A DNA stretch of 63,219 nt, filler included, from Octopus bimaculoides (taxonomy: Eukaryota): the NCBI RefSeq assembly GCF_001194135.2. It is 11 parts of 8 records of this genome, joined end to end, with 100 filler letters (N's around TTAATTAATTAA, not from the genome) between each part and the next. Parts side by side here need not be neighbours in the genome. Positions count along the whole stretch, not along the records: positions 1 to 9,708 come from NC_068987.1; positions 9,809 to 15,033 come from NC_068981.1; 9 more parts are not named here. One strand, given 5' to 3'. The notes beneath the pieces were generated by a model. It was not told the origin of the DNA. It saw only the letters and a list, made by a program, of their open reading frames with translations, and made no database searches. Both the position numbers and the translations under genes were made by a program. Positions 1 through 14,599 of this stretch are shown piece after piece. Every line of letters starts with the position of its first letter. Positions within the stretch are counted from its first letter, which is position 1.

Positions 1-1530
1 TATATATATATCCATATACATATACATACTCGTGCATGATGTTATATTTTGAACAACATTATCATCTTCAATAATATCGTGGTTATCATCGTCATCGGCA
101 TCATGAACATTATCATCATCATTATCATCATGAAATCCAATAACAAATACAACACTAACATTATCTTGATTCGCAATAAGTAGTGTAAAGTTGTTTGCTT
201 CAGTTTAGATTTTCAAGTAATATTTATGAGGTTGTTTATAACAATACAGTTGAGAGCAATATATGCATACACACACATACACATATACAACCACACACAC
301 ATAAATCCTGTCATCCATACAGACACATCAACAAACGCTTGCGTATACGTATCTGAAACTTTAGCCGTCACTCGTGAGCGAGTGTAAATTAGCAACACAT
401 AGAATCGAATGCACTATTTTAGGTGCCTAAGTAATTACGAATAGAGACACTTTCTCGGAACTCCTACCCTGGACGCGGTAGGGCATGGAAGAGAAAGAGA
501 GAGAAAGCGAGTGCGAGAGAGGGAGAGATAGGTTTGAAAACATAATGTACAGGTATGCAGCTCACAGGTGTACTTCAATAGGTATTAAGCAACATAATTA
601 TGTATTGTCTTAGCGATCCCACAGACAAAATACGGATGACAAATTAATCTATTTGTTCATTATTACAGAAACAAGAGTTTGGGGTTAACTATAAATAATT
701 TATATTTCCATTCACTTTTGGAATTACTTTTTTTCGTGGTTTGAGTTTCACTGCTCTTTCTAGCATATAAGGCGTTCTGTCAAGGTTCTCCTCTCTGTGT
801 TCTTATACACTATTACATATGAAAATATGTTGTCTATTGATTCTTATTACGCATGCTAACAACCGGTAGAAAATTTTCACAGTATATATAATATATACAT
901 ACATATATGTGTGTGCGCAAATGTGTGTGTCTGTGTGTGCGCGTATGTGTGTGTGTGTGTGTTAAATAAAATGAGACAACAAAACCAATTCTCACACAGC
1001 CATGCTCACACAAGACCAGCATTAGACTCCTCACTTATATGATTATTGAACCGAGAGTCTATCTACGGTCCTCCTGTAGCACTTAGATAGCCCTACCTGC
1101 CATCTTGGGTCTTCCGGATACCAATAGCTCTCATATACATACATATATAAAGAAAGAGAGAGAAAAAGAGAGAATGAGAAAGAGACAGACAGGCAGACAT
1201 GAAGGCAGACAGACAGACATATAGATAGATAGATAGACAGATACATACATACATACGTACATACATACATACATACATACATACATACATACATACATAG
1301 AATTGTCAAACCGGGAACAATACTCTATAAGTTCTCATTTAGTAAACCAGTTTAACAAAGACCTCTGCGCATCTTTGTTGCAGGGCCCGAGGTTTTAGGT
1401 CATCTCTATTCTGTATTGTAAATCCATGCTTGTCTTTCACTTATAATGGTTTTTTGACATACTTGACAAACAAAACAAGGCATAAATAATGGCCATTGCA
1501 TTTTCTGGGGGGTTTTTTTTTGTCCTAAGC

Positions 1531-1695
1531 TTGACTTACAGTTGTTTCCAGTAGTCGTTATAAGTTCGTCATTGCTTGGTTTACTCAATCGGTCCGTTTA
1601 TCGGTTGAGAACAATGGAAAATTTTTTTCTTAACCGATTGAGTAAACCTATCAATAATGAACCTATAATGATTACTGGAAACATCTGTAAGTCAA
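1531..1695. mobile_element. Short hairpin MITE (63-bp imperfect arms)
   Basis: ttgacttacagttgtttccagtag...ggtttactcaatcggt versus accgattgagtaaacc...ttactggaaacatctgtaagtcaa. Confidence 0.75.
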
Positions 1696-1848
1696 ATTTA
1701 CTGGGATAAAGAAAAATATGTAATGACCGTTATTTATGCTTTGTCTTTATATATATATATATATATATACGTGTGTATGTATGTGCGTGTATATAGATAT
1801 ATATGTGTGTGTATATGTGTGTATATAGATATATATATTTATATACAT

Positions 1849-1915
<67 letters not shown>

Positions 1916-2744
1916 CTTCTACGTGTATTTTAAGTGTCAATTTGTAAGTAAGCCTCATGTGTACTAAATATCGCTGTTAGTCATGATGTGTATGCATTTT
2001 ACACATAGATGCAAGATACTCAAGGACGGGTCTCCTTGTCTGTAGACGCAACATAACTAGTATTTGGTTACAGAACCTTAACAGGATCTAACCGTACTAT
2101 ACAACTATTGTTGCTGTGGAGCTTGATGAACTTGAGAGCGCGTCATTGTTCCAGGCAGAAGATATTCTATGAAAAATATACCCCGAAGACTTTCATAGCA
2201 TGTCAGGATTCGCTAAAATACTTGGAGACAAATATGATAAATGCATTTTTCTTGTTGTTTAGTGAAACGAATATAATTGTATGTAAACAGAGGATTGTGT
2301 AGAGATTGTGTTTCAAAGTAGAATCTGGACAGAATAGAGCAAAAGATTTGCCATCTTCATTTGAAGATGTGTACTGAAAGAAAGAAAGAAAGAAAGAAAG
2401 AAAGAAACCGGGTTGAGTTATGTTGTTATGGGGTATGGGTACTTATGCAATACAAGATAGGAAAATGAGGTTTTAGAACAATACAAACACGAGAATAGAA
2501 AAAAGACTACACACGCACACAAACAAATACATATACATACATTTAGAACTGACTGAAAGGGCGATCGACTCAAACAAACCAGTCTTCACTTTCTGTTCTT
2601 CCATGTTCCCTCAACATATAAAATATTGGACGGAAGTATGACAACTATTAAACAGGAGAACGTTTGTCCAAAATAGAAGCAGCATGGGGAAATAGCAAGG
2701 ACCCTGGTTATCATTGCTCAGATCTACGCAACTATAATTTATTA

Positions 2745-3100
2745 TTCTACTTGTTTCATTTGACTGAGGCCATACTGGGGCAGCATGCTGGAGGCTTAAC
2801 TCGAACAAATCGACCACCGTACGTTTCTATTTTTTAAATCCAGTTATGTATTCTATCGGATTGGGGACGTAAACAAACCTACACCGGTTATCAAGTGATG
2901 GTAGAGAACAACAGAACGCGCACGCACACACACACACATATATCCACATACTTTTTTGTGTATCAAATTCACTCACTAGGCAGAACTGGTCAACTCGACG
3001 TTATAGTAGAAGACACTTGCCCTTGATACCGTGCAGAGGGGCCGAACCCGAAACCACTTGATTGCAAAACAAGTTTTTTAAATCACTCAGTCGCCCCTGC
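2745..3100 (-). mobile_element. tRNA-derived SINE family B (internal GT microsatellite)
   Basis: Shares head, ggcaagtgtcttctactata, gacaaccg..gttg..tttacgtcccc and tgaaacaagta tail with other B copies. Confidence 0.75.
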
Positions 3101-3854
3101 CTCTATAACATAAAAACAGACTAAGATTAGAGAGTGTGGAGATGAAAGTTGCAAAGAAACTTTTCCATCTTATCAGCAGATGATACTCTTATATTTTTTT
3201 ACAATGAGAGACCTTCCCTGAGACATACTTGAATCAAGGTCAACAGTTTAATCCAGACTACGTAAAATGCCAATAAAATAGCAATTATGTAACAACATAC
3301 ATGATATTTAAAATGGCGACATAATGATGTAATTTTAGGAACAAAGTATAAATGACATTAAATATGGATATTGTACACCTAACTAATCTGGAAAGTTTGT
3401 AATATGTAATATAGAGACATTATTTACAAAATGGATTCTTTAAACTAAAACTAAAGAATACATCAGTAAAAGAAATAATAATCTACATTGTAAATTGAGA
3501 CGCTGTATCTCATTACATAAATTTAATTGACTAAAGTGTTCTCATGCAGTTGTTGTTATTATTATTTATAAACCCGAGAGCTGCAGAAGCGAGCGTGCTA
3601 TAAATATAATCCATGCTATGAATATATAAATGGGGAGAGAATTTTAAGCTTTTCAAGATGTGGTTGCTTTTCAATTTGACCCTTTCATAGCCGCATTTCT
3701 TGTAAAAATATTCTCTCCGTGGGATGCAATTAATTTCTGTTTTATTAGTCAAGAATTAAAAAAAAAGGTTTTAATGACATCTAGTTTTGTTAGTTGGGTG
3801 TTTAACTCAGAACTTTAAAATCTATGATGGAAAGCTTTACTTCAAATATAAGCA

Positions 3855-4220
3855 TAGCCATGGCTGTGTGGTTAAGAAGCTCACTTTGTTATCGTGAGGT
3901 GCCGGGTTCAATCTCACTACGCAAAGGCACCAAGAGTAAGTGTCCTCTATATACGTTCAAGTGTGTGTGTGTGAATGTGTGTGTGCGCGCGCGTGCGTAT
4001 ATTTTCGTGTGTCTGTGTTTCTCCCATCCCTACCATTTGACAGCCAGTGTTGGTTTGTTTACATCCGCCAAAACTAGCTGCTCGGCAAAAGTGAACGCTA
4101 GGATAAGTACCGGGCTTAACAAAAAAATACTGGAGTTGATTCGTTCGTGTAAAAGAACTTCAAGGCGGTGCCCCAGTATGACCACACACTAACGACTGAA
4201 ACGAGCAAAATAATAAAAGT
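3855..4220 (+). mobile_element. SINE family B
   Basis: ggctgtgtggttaagaagct...gggttcaat head; gcggtgccccagtatg...gactgaaac tail. Confidence 0.8.
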
Positions 4221-4421
4221 ATGTACGTGTGTGTGTGTGTGTGTGTATTGCCGGATATGTATATATGTGGGTATATTTCCAAGTGTTATTACGTTCAGAC
4301 TACCGCAACGAACAAACTAAAATATTTCTATAGTGTTGACCGTATATAATCACAGGTATTACTTTAGTTCGAGCTTAAAGACACACGCGCCACTGAGGTT
4401 TTCTTCGTGAAGAATAATAAT

Positions 4422-4630
4422 CTTTTCTACTCTAGATACCAGGCCCGAAATTTTGGGGGAGCGGAGCTGTCGATTAGAGCGACCCCAGCATGCAAGTGGT
4501 ACTTAATTTATCGACCCCGAAAAGATGAAAGGCAAAGTTGACCCCGGCGAAATTTGAACTCAGAACGTAAAGACAGGAAATACCGCTAAACATTTCGCCC
4601 GGCGTACTAACGTTTCTGCCAGCTCGCCGC
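4422..4630 (-). mobile_element. tRNA-derived SINE family A, full length with 19-bp TSD
   Basis: B-box-like GAGTTCAAATT, central GCCTTTCATC...GGGGTCGATAAA...GTACC block. TSD cttcgtgaagaataataat at 4403-4421 and 4631-4649. Confidence 0.9.
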
Positions 4631-4902
4631 CTTCGTGAAGAATAATAATGACAAAGCTGAAATTTCGAATTGCAGTTAGACCCCACGTGACAGATTTTCA
4701 CATAGCTTCCCATTTTCCATTTCATTTGCGATTCAAGGTTATCGTAGGAATGATTTTACAAAAGGTGCTGCGCAAGGTGATGGAACCCAGAGTTCTGTGG
4801 CTGAGAAGCGAAGTTCTAAACTGCTCGCAGAATGCTAAAAATTATAAGTAACAAATAAAACCTCTCATATCGATTGAGGTATTCAAATATTGATTTCAAA
4901 TT

Positions 4903-5083
4903 TTAGCACAAGGCCAGTAAATTTGGGGGCGTGGAAAATTCATTTACATTGACCCCAGTGTTTGATTGTTACTTATTTTATTGAACCCCCCGAAAGAATA
5001 AAAGGCAGAGTCGACATCGGCGGAATTTGAACTCAGAGCATAAAGCCGAACGGGTTGCTAACGATTCTGCAAGCTCGCCGTCT
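4903..5083 (-). mobile_element. SINE family A
   Basis: Homologous to 4422-4630. Confidence 0.8.
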
Positions 5084-5400
5084 TGAGGTGTTAAAATATT
5101 AAGATTCCATATTAACTAGGCATATATGATATAAGCGTGTGTGTGTGTGTGTGTCTATACACTTGGAATATCTTCAAGCCTTAACGCCCGGAAATCTTTG
5201 CAAATATTTTGATATTCTACGTGAATTCGTCGGATTAGTGTTGGTCCCTGTGTGTTTTACAGAAGACCAGTCTGTGATAGCATCAAACTTCCTCGGATTA
5301 AGATATATCACTTTTCAACGGGAAATATCTGTAGGAAGGTGCACTTTAACTAAATAGCATTTCCAGATTTACTGCTGTGGGGTGAACGGTAGTTAGTCTA

Positions 5401-5547
5401 AAGCCGAAAGATGGAGAATGGCGGTGGCTAACACCTGTCGTTGAGGAGAAAATTCCTGAAGAAATGTTTGGAAGTTGGAGTGAAGGTGGCAGGGAGAGGA
5501 AATAATCTAAACAGAGGAAGAAAATGAGAGAAAAAAATATGGTAAGT
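5401..5547 (+). other. Candidate first exon with splice donor
   Basis: Non-repetitive CpG-containing patch, YY1-like AATGGCGG (5417-5424), ATG AGA GAA AAA AAT ATG followed by consensus donor GTAAGT (5542-5547). No transcript evidence. Confidence 0.25.
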
Positions 5548-5650
5548 TCGCGTGCAGAATAATGTATTGAGTTTAAAGCATTCACCGACGAACTCGCAGA
5601 CTTTGTAAATTACGGACTCGTACAGAAATACTTTTCAATCCTCTTCTCTA

Positions 5651-5686
<36 letters not shown>

Positions 5687-5768
5687 CATCCAGTCCTCTC
5701 TCTCTATTTCTCTCTCTCTCTCTTAGAATTTATCTATCTATCTATCTATCTATCTATCNNNNNNNNNN

Positions 5769-5799
<31 letters not shown>

Positions 5800-6478
5800 T
5801 TATCTATAGATAGACAGACAGATAGATAGATAGATAGATAGACAGATAGATAGATAGATAGATAGATAGATAAGATAAACATACAGATTGAGAGATTAAT
5901 TGATTGACTGGTGGATTGATTACTTGATTGATGGATTGATAAATTACTTTATTCACTGATTGATTGATTGAATAGTATTAATGGGGCTATGACGCTCGGC
6001 ATTGGTGAAAATGTGCAATAGAGTCAGGAAGTGCAGAAATTGCTATGACATCAGATAGCTGGGGAGGAGGAGCAGGCTGTCTCGCAAGCTATGCTATACA
6101 TGTATATGTATGCATGTATGTGTGTATGTATGTATATATGCATGTATGTTTACATATATATGTATACATATATATATATATATATATGTATACACACATA
6201 CGTACAAACATACATGCATACATATATATATATANNNNNNNNNNNNNNNNNNNNNNNNNNNNNNNNNNNNNNNNNNNNNNNNNNNNNNNNNNNNNNNNNN
6301 NNNNNNNNNNNNNNNNNNNNNNNNNNNNNNNNNNNNNNNNNNNNNNNNNNNNNNNNNNNNNNNNNNNNNNNNNNNNNNNNNNNNNNNNNNNNNNNNNNNN
6401 NNNNNNNNNNNNNNNNNNNNNNNNNNNNNNNNNNNNNNNNNNNNNNNNNNNNNNNNNNNNNNNNNNNNNNNNATATAT

Positions 6479-6528
<50 letters not shown>

Positions 6529-7689
6529 ATATATATAAATATATATATATATACATACGTACACACACACACACGCAGACACACAAACACTTACATACAC
6601 ACACCTATATATATATGTGCGTATGTATGTGTGCGTGCGTGCGTGTGTGTGTGTGTCCCGAAAACGTTTTGTACGAAGTTATACATGCATACATATATAT
6701 ACACATGCAAAATATTAGATAATAAGTTTGTCACCAAAATTCTCTTTGGAACGTTTGAAATTTAAAACTTGTTTTAAACCAAACGGAGAAAGCAATAAAG
6801 ACTAAAAAAACAACAAACACTGAAATAACAACGAAAGCATAAAATCAACACAAAAGCCATAAAAAATTAGAAGGCAAACTTGAAAAAAAATACAAAATAA
6901 ACAGAACAACGTTTATTGAGTTTTATCTGAAAAATCATAAATTTCCGGACACTTGTTCATCTTTTTAACAGAGACCATTTTGTATCTGGAAGCGATATTG
7001 TGCTAAGATGGCGTTTTACAAAGCCAGCTACAAACGAAGGAAGCGGGAACTACAAAGAGGTCTTTACATGGTCGATAGATGAACTAGAAACAGCAGCCAA
7101 ATAAGCTCACACACGACAGTTTGAATAAATGAATGCATACATTATACAATGTAAGCTTAGATACTTTATGAGTGACAAAAGTGAGGGTCATTAATGGAGC
7201 AGCTTCAATGACAATATTGTTTGATGATGGTTGACTTGGGGCTAAATAACGAAGAAACAATGCTGAGAAAGCGAGCTAGGACAAAAATTTGTGATATGAA
7301 GATATGTTTGGCAATTATTTCTTAGCCCCAGGTCAACCTTCACCTAACAGTTCCATTGACCAAAAATCTTCAAACCGTGGCACACATATATTTTATTCAA
7401 AAACAGTGAATCTAGGATTACATTATCCAATGTTGTTATTGTTATTGTAGCTGTTATTGTTTTTGTCTCCGTCTGCTCTGATCGACCATCCCTATAAGTA
7501 AAAGCATTCCAGTCGTGACCACCTCGCCCTTTTTTCAGCCATACTATATGCGTTATTTCATTAACAACATTGGAAGATGGAAAATTAGGTGGAATTGATA
7601 TTATAACAACCGAGTTGCTGAATAATGAAGGTTTTAGCCAAGACAGATGTTCTTATGGCCATCTACAATAAGATCTGACAGACGGGTGA

Positions 7690-7925
7690 ACGGTCGATAC
7701 ACTGGAGTTTACTGCTGATCAAATCAACCTCAATGAATGTCAGAATTGCCAAACCAACAAGAAGATCAGCCTTGACAGCAAAGTAACAATCAGAGTCCTC
7801 CTGAGTAGGGTGAGACCCCAGGCAGAACACATCATAACTGAGGTAGAAGATGGCATGTACCCACAAAGGAAGAAGCACGGCCGAAGAGATCTTCAACCTC
7901 AGAACATTCTACAAGAGATGGCATC
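7690..7925 (+). pseudogene. RTE-clade LINE RT fragment
   Basis: KISLDSKVTIRVLLSRVRPQAEHIITE and, after a frameshift, GRSTAEEIFNLR (cf. RTE RL.PQAE.II.EEQ.GFR.GRST..QIF.LR). Confidence 0.75.
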
Positions 7926-9277
7926 CGCTTGATAGAGGACTATACAATGTTCGAGAAAAAGCGTTTAAAATAGTCTGATATGATGACCCAGGGTTCACTA
8001 TGAAAATATTCAGGTTGGGTCAAAGACCAGTTCGTTCTTTCGAATGGTTTAACGCCAAGGTAACCAGTGTAGAATTTACAAATGGCATCATTGGATAATA
8101 GGTCCATACCATCGTCTAAATTTTCTTTCTCCCCACTCCCTCCCTCATCTTGGAGCAAAGTATGAACGATGTCCTTCAAGACCACGTGGACACAGTGCAG
8201 CGTCGATTTTACGGAGATAGGTACTGGCACCGGAAAGAAGATGCTGCCGCAATATTCTAGACATTTTTACACTTATATCACATTATAAATGAACTTTGTT
8301 TTTTTTTACCGTTGTTTGTTTTTATGCTTAGTGCCAGAACCACACACACACACACACACCTCCCACCGCCTCACAAATCTCTAATATATTTCACACTATT
8401 TCAAAGGCGCCTCTTGTATGACGTAAATTAACTGGTTTTTGTTCGGTTGCACTAAGCCTTGATAAACTGATTCACAAGGAGCGTCAAATTAGTCATGCAG
8501 CAGCCTGTTAGAAATAGCAGTCAAATATATTTCAAATCATAGTATTGTCATGATGTCATGGAAAAGGGATTGGTGTTTAACAATATGGGATGGTCATGGT
8601 TGGAATGCCTTTGATCATATGTCTATTAGATCAGAGATAAATGCAGTTAAATAACAGCACAATTCAGTTCCAACGCCATTCACATACATTTCTCTTGGTC
8701 AACAGTTATTGGCAGTGGCAGCCTTTTTAGTTTCGTTTTGTCTTGCTGCATCTACTGGAAAGGGCAGAGCCCAAGTCCCTTGCAGTCCCTCGGAAACTGG
8801 GGAGGTTCATGTCTTTCTCCCAAGGCTATTCTGTGGTAGGGTGACTCACTTTACAGCTGAGTGAACTGGAGCAACGTGAAATGAAGTGTTTTGCTCAAGA
8901 GCTCAACGCACAGCCGGTCTCGGAATCGAAACGACGATGTCACAATTATGAGCGCAACACACCTAACCACGAAGCACGCGGCGTATATATTTATGTATGC
9001 ATGAACGTATTTGTGTATATGAATGTATGTATATGTATGTATTAGTGCATGTGCGCGCGCGTGTAGGATGTGCCAAAAAAAAAAAAGCAAATGAACAGAA
9101 AGAGAGGAAAGAAAATTTGTCTCGGCCAGGAATGTCTGAAATATGGTAATATACAAATATTAAAGAAAAACTGAGAAGCAATGAAGCTTGAAAATAGCTT
9201 CTGAGACTCTAAACAGGATGTTTTAGTGAAGAATTAAGTAATAGCCAGTGAGAGAGAGAGAGAAAGAGAGAAAACGA

Positions 9278-9320
<43 letters not shown>

Positions 9321-9330
9321 NNNNNNNNNN

Positions 9331-9374
<44 letters not shown>

Positions 9375-9752
9375 TATATAGAGGGTGACCCTATAGATTA
9401 CATACGAGGAAAGGCAAGCAAACAGTAGCAGCTAACTAGATGTTGGAGATAAGCTGTTCTGCTAGATTTCAATAAGCATTACAATCAACACTCCTTGAGT
9501 ACTTTAATAGAAGGGTGTGGTTCACACTTTCTCCACTTCCCTCTCCTTCATTCTCTCTTCCCCCCATCCCAACTTTTCTCAATACCATTTCTCTGTTTAC
9601 CATTTAATATATTCACACGCACACACATATATATATATATAATTTTCTCCGATTCTCCTCTTTCTCACCAAACACATCGTCACCTCCCACATCTCTCTCT
9701 CTCTCTCTNNNNNNNNNNNNNNNNNNNNNNNNNNNNNNNNNNNNNNNNNNNN

Positions 9753-9764
9753 TTAATTAATTAA
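9753..9764. other. Scaffolding linker TTAATTAATTAA inside N gaps (assembly artifact, 10 occurrences)
   Basis: Identical palindromic 12-mer with TAA in all six frames, N-flanked, at 9753, 15078, 24123, 25602, 29440, 43273, 48104, 52842, 58136 and 61702. Confidence 0.95.
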
Positions 9765-9939
9765 NNNNNNNNNNNNNNNNNNNNNNNNNNNNNNNNNNNN
9801 NNNNNNNNAGACAAAAACCTGGCAATCTTATATCTACTTTTCCAGTGAAATTCTTCACTGATATCGAAAAGGTGAAAACAAGCAATGTTAATTCTCTAAA
9901 TGAAGTATTAACAGTAACTGCACGATAAAGTGTAGTATA

Positions 9940-10388
9940 TTGCCACTTAAGTGTGGCTGACCCCTAGGGGTGGATGTTACTGTTGCTTTTAGCCCCAGGA
10001 GGACATCTCCTCCAGCTGGCTTATCGACACACGACTGTGTCCTGTTTGCCAAGGGAAGTTATCCCTCTCACCACGATCTGCAGCACGAACGGATATATAT
10101 GTACACATAGAAAATATGTGATAACATGAATGATGTAGTCCTCTTGGCACAAAAGAAACTCCAACTAGGGCCAATCAATGAACCCTACAGATCCAAGATT
10201 ACCATGACCACCAAAGCTACGAGCCTTGTATCTTGATCTCCGATCTATAGGCGTATACACTCCAACCATTTTTGCCATTATATACAATGTATATATGCAC
10301 ATGTATGGTTGCGTATATAAAGACATACATACATCATGGATGCATGCCTGCATCCATCCATACATACATGCATACATACATACATACA

Positions 10389-10419
<31 letters not shown>

Positions 10420-10680
10420 CTTAGCTGCTTTCTCGTATACGAGCAAAACATTGCTAGAAGGAATCATTGAAATGATTCAATGTTGCTGCAATGTGAGGCC
10501 CTTGCATGACTCTTGATCCCGGCGAAAATTTTGCACATTCTATTACATAATGCACAGCTGTGCGCTGGCTGTCAGAAGAGACTGGTGCCACAGTATGAAC
10601 TCTTTTGACATGCCTTTTTCATCCTCCAACTGAGAGGCAAACCTTTCGACTTGTTGCACATGTTCTGTTGTGAACAATAG
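9940..10680 (-). mobile_element. Probable RTE LINE 3' end and UTR
   Basis: Minus-strand CALCNRMCKIFAGIKSH matches the terminal C..C.R.C....G..SH motif of RTE ORFs. UTR extent is a guess. Confidence 0.5.
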
Positions 10681-10690
10681 CCTTATCACA

Positions 10691-10722
<32 letters not shown>

Positions 10723-10910
10723 GGACAAATCTTGTCGCAAGAATGAAACCACCGAGTTGGCTGGAAACTATAGGCCCATTGCTTTCTTAAACATTGTGTA
10801 CAAACTGTACACAAGCTGCCTCAACGAATTCTTTTAGGAACATTGTGAGTCCAGCATCATAGTGACTAATGAGTAGGGCAGTGGAAACCAACTCCTTTGT
10901 TAGAGATCAG
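10723..10910 (+). pseudogene. R4-clade (restriction-like endonuclease) LINE reverse-transcriptase fragment
   Basis: GNYRPIAFLNIVYKLYTSCLNEFF*EHCESSIIVTNE (RT domains 1-2). Confidence 0.8.
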
Positions 10911-12460
10911 GAAGAACTCAGATAATTAAAAACGGAAGAGAACATTNNNNNNNNNNNNNNNNNNNNNNNNNNNNNNNNNNNNNNNNNNNNNNNNNNNNNN
11001 NNNNNNNNNNNNNNNNNNNNNNNNNNNNNNNNNNNNNNNNNNNNNNACACATATACACACATGCACACATACAAATATACACACATGCACACACACACAC
11101 ACACCTCCCACATACACAATACTCACTCACATACATAACACACACGCACGCACGAAAACACACAATATACAGATACACGCACGCACAAAAAATATACACA
11201 CACGCGCACACGGAAACACACATACAGACACACATAAACACACATAAACACACACACACACCCGTACCTAACACTCACAATTCCACACACATACGCACAT
11301 CCACACACATACACACACACGCACACACCCACATACACACACACAGTTCTCACCAACACTACACACTCACACAGATACGCATACAATCACACACACATGG
11401 GCATAAACAACACACGCACATACAATAGCAAACGCACGCACACACACGTACACAGCAACGCACATATACACAACATACACATACACACAAACACACACGC
11501 ACGCACAAAGACATAGACATACACNNNNNNNNNNNNNNNNNNNNNNNNNNNNNNNNNNNNNNNNNNNNNNNNNNNNNNNNNNNNNNNNNNNNNNNNNNNN
11601 NNNNNNNNNNNNNNNNNNNNNNNNNNNNNNNNNNNNNNNNNNNNNNNNNNNNNNNNNNNNNNNNNNNNNNNNNNNNNNNNNNNNNNNNNNNNNNNNNNNN
11701 NNNNNNNNNNNNNNNNNNNNNNNNNNNNNNNNNNNNNNNNNNNNNNNNNNNNNNNNNNNNNNNNNNNNNNNNNNNNNNNNNNNNNNNNNNNNNNNNNNNN
11801 NNNNNNNNNNNNNNNNNNNNNNNNNNNNNNNNNNNNNNNNNNNNNNNNNNNNNNNNNNNNNNNNNNNNNNNNNNNNNNNNNNNNNNNNNNNNNNNNNNNN
11901 NNNNNNNNNNNNNNNNNNNNNNNNNNNNNNNNNNNNNNNNNNNNNNNNNNNNNNNNNNNNNNNNNNNNNNNNNNNNNNNNNNNNNNNNNNNNNNNNNNNN
12001 NNNNNNNNNNNNNNNNNNNNNNNNNNNNNNNNNNNNNNNNNNNNNNNNNNNNNNNNNNNNNNNNNNNNNNNNNNNNNNNNNNNNNNNNNNNNNNNNNNNN
12101 NNNNNNNNNNNNNNNNNNNNNNNNNNNNNNNNNNNNNNNNNNNNNNNNNNNNNNNNNNNNNNNNNNNNNNNNNNNNNNNNNNNNNNNNNNNNNNNNNNNN
12201 NNNNNNNNNNNNNNNNNNNNNNNNNNNNNNNNNNNNNNNNNNNNNNNNNNNNNNNNNNNNNNNNNNNNNNNNNNNNNNNNNNNNNNNNNNNNNNNNNNNN
12301 NNNNNNNNNNNNNNNNNNNNNNNNNNNNNNNNNNNNNNNNNNNNNNNNNNNNNNNNNNNNNNNNNNNNNNNNNNNNNNNNNNNNNNNNNNNNNNNNNNNN
12401 NNNNNNNNNNNNNNNNNNNNNNNNNNNNNNNNNNNNNNNNNNNNNNNNNNNNNNNNNNNN

Positions 12461-12496
<36 letters not shown>

Positions 12497-12750
12497 CACA
12501 CACATGCTTATATATATATATATACATATATATACACATATATGTGTGTGTGGGTGCGTGTGTCCCTAACGATGAATGGGTATAATGTCCTAGATACATA
12601 CATGCAAATATAAACCATCTATACATATATACAAGCACACACAATCATATAAACCCGTATACGCACTCACATATATACGTATAATTTTAAAGTATACACA
12701 TATATATGTCACTATTTTATACATAGACATATACATATATATGTGCATAC

Positions 12751-12815
<65 letters not shown>

Positions 12816-13153
12816 CATATAAATACATATATATACGCACATACTCATACGTGCATGCATGTACACACTCATACACACACACATACACACGCACGCTAAA
12901 ATACATCTACATCTACACATACGTACATACATATTAATCTATGTACACTCATACGATTATATACAACTACATATATGTATTTCGGGTATCATGAATCTCA
13001 ACATGTATGTATGGATTTCTACATGTAAATGAGAGAATGGGGTGATTATAGCTGGGTACTCCCGAGTGGAATCTGGGTGTTACCCAATTCGGATTTACGG
13101 TTGAATGTAGGCTTGTAAGCCTGTATTCAGACAGCTTCAGTGACTTGTCTTAC

Positions 13154-13211
<58 letters not shown>

Positions 13212-14161
13212 NNNNNNNNNNNNNNNNNNNNNNNNNNNNNNNNNNNNNNNNNNNNNNNNNNNNNNNNNNNNNNNNNNNNNNNNNNNNNNNNNNNNNNNNN
13301 NNNNNNNNNNNNNNNNNNNNNNNNNNNNNNNNNNNNNNNNNNNNNNNNNNNNNNNNNNNNNNNNNNNNNNNNNNNNNNNNNNNNNNNNNNNNNNNNNNNN
13401 NNNNNNNNNNNNNNNNNNNNNNNNNNNNNNNNNNNNNNNNNNNNNNNNNNNNNNNNNNNNNNNNNNNNNNNNNNNNNNNNNNNNNNNNNNNNNNNNNNNN
13501 NNNNNNNNNNNNNNNNNNNNNNNNNNNNNNNNNNNNNNNNNNNNNNNNNNNNNNNNNNNNNNNNNNNNNNNNNNNNNNNNNNNNNNNNNNNNNNNNNNNN
13601 NNNNNNNNNNNNNNNNNNNNNNNNNNNNNNNNNNNNNNNNNNNNNNNNNNNNNNNNNNNNNNNNNNNNNNNNNNNNNNNNNNNNNNNNNNNNNNNNNNNN
13701 NNNNNNNNNNNNNNNNNNNNNNNNNNNNNNNNNNNNNNNNNNNNNNNNNNNNNNNNNNNNNNNNNNNNNNNNNNNNNNNNNNNNNNNNNNNNNNNNNNNN
13801 NNNNNNNNNNNNNNNNNNNNNNNNNNNNNNNNNNNNNNNNNNNNNNNNNNNNNNNNNNNNNNNNNNNNNNNNNNNNNNNNNNNNNNNNNNNNNNNNNNNN
13901 NNNNNNNNNNNNNNNNNNNNNNNNNNNNNNNNNNNNNNNNNNNNNNNNNNNNNNNNNNNNNNNNNNNNNNNNNNNNNNNNNNNNNNNNNNNNNNNNNNNN
14001 NNNNNNNNNNNNNNNGGCACATAAATATGTGTGCCATAAATATCGCCATCCGTTTTAGAGAAAAATTTGTAGTTTAGAATCAGTAGTTCTTTGACTGCTA
14101 TTTCTAAATTTTCAGTATGTTGGAGAAGCAACTCAATTGCTAATCCCTGTATATTTATGAT

Positions 14162-14192
<31 letters not shown>

Positions 14193-14599
14193 TCCCTGTA
14201 AGCAGTTAACCTGTATGGAGATGCATGATGCTTAGGACTTTCTTGGTTACTAATCTACTGTCGCTCTCATGAAGGAGGCAAAAAAGAAAAGTAGCAATAT
14301 TGAATTTAAAGTCTTTGAACTTTAAAAGCCGAGGGACTTCGCTTGTAGTTTGGGTTTCCATGGCTGATGAAAGGATTTCCAAGTTTATTTGGCTTTATCT
14401 ATTTATTTATTTAATTATTTATGTATCTATTGTTAATTGCTTCCATGTTCCATTCTGAGTTGCGCGTGTGTGTATGTGTGTTAATGTATGCATAGATACA
14501 AATAAATATATGGCTACATATAGATTTATATCTATATATATAAACAAATGAATGTGTGTGTGTTTATGCGAGCGACAAACATATATACATACACATATG

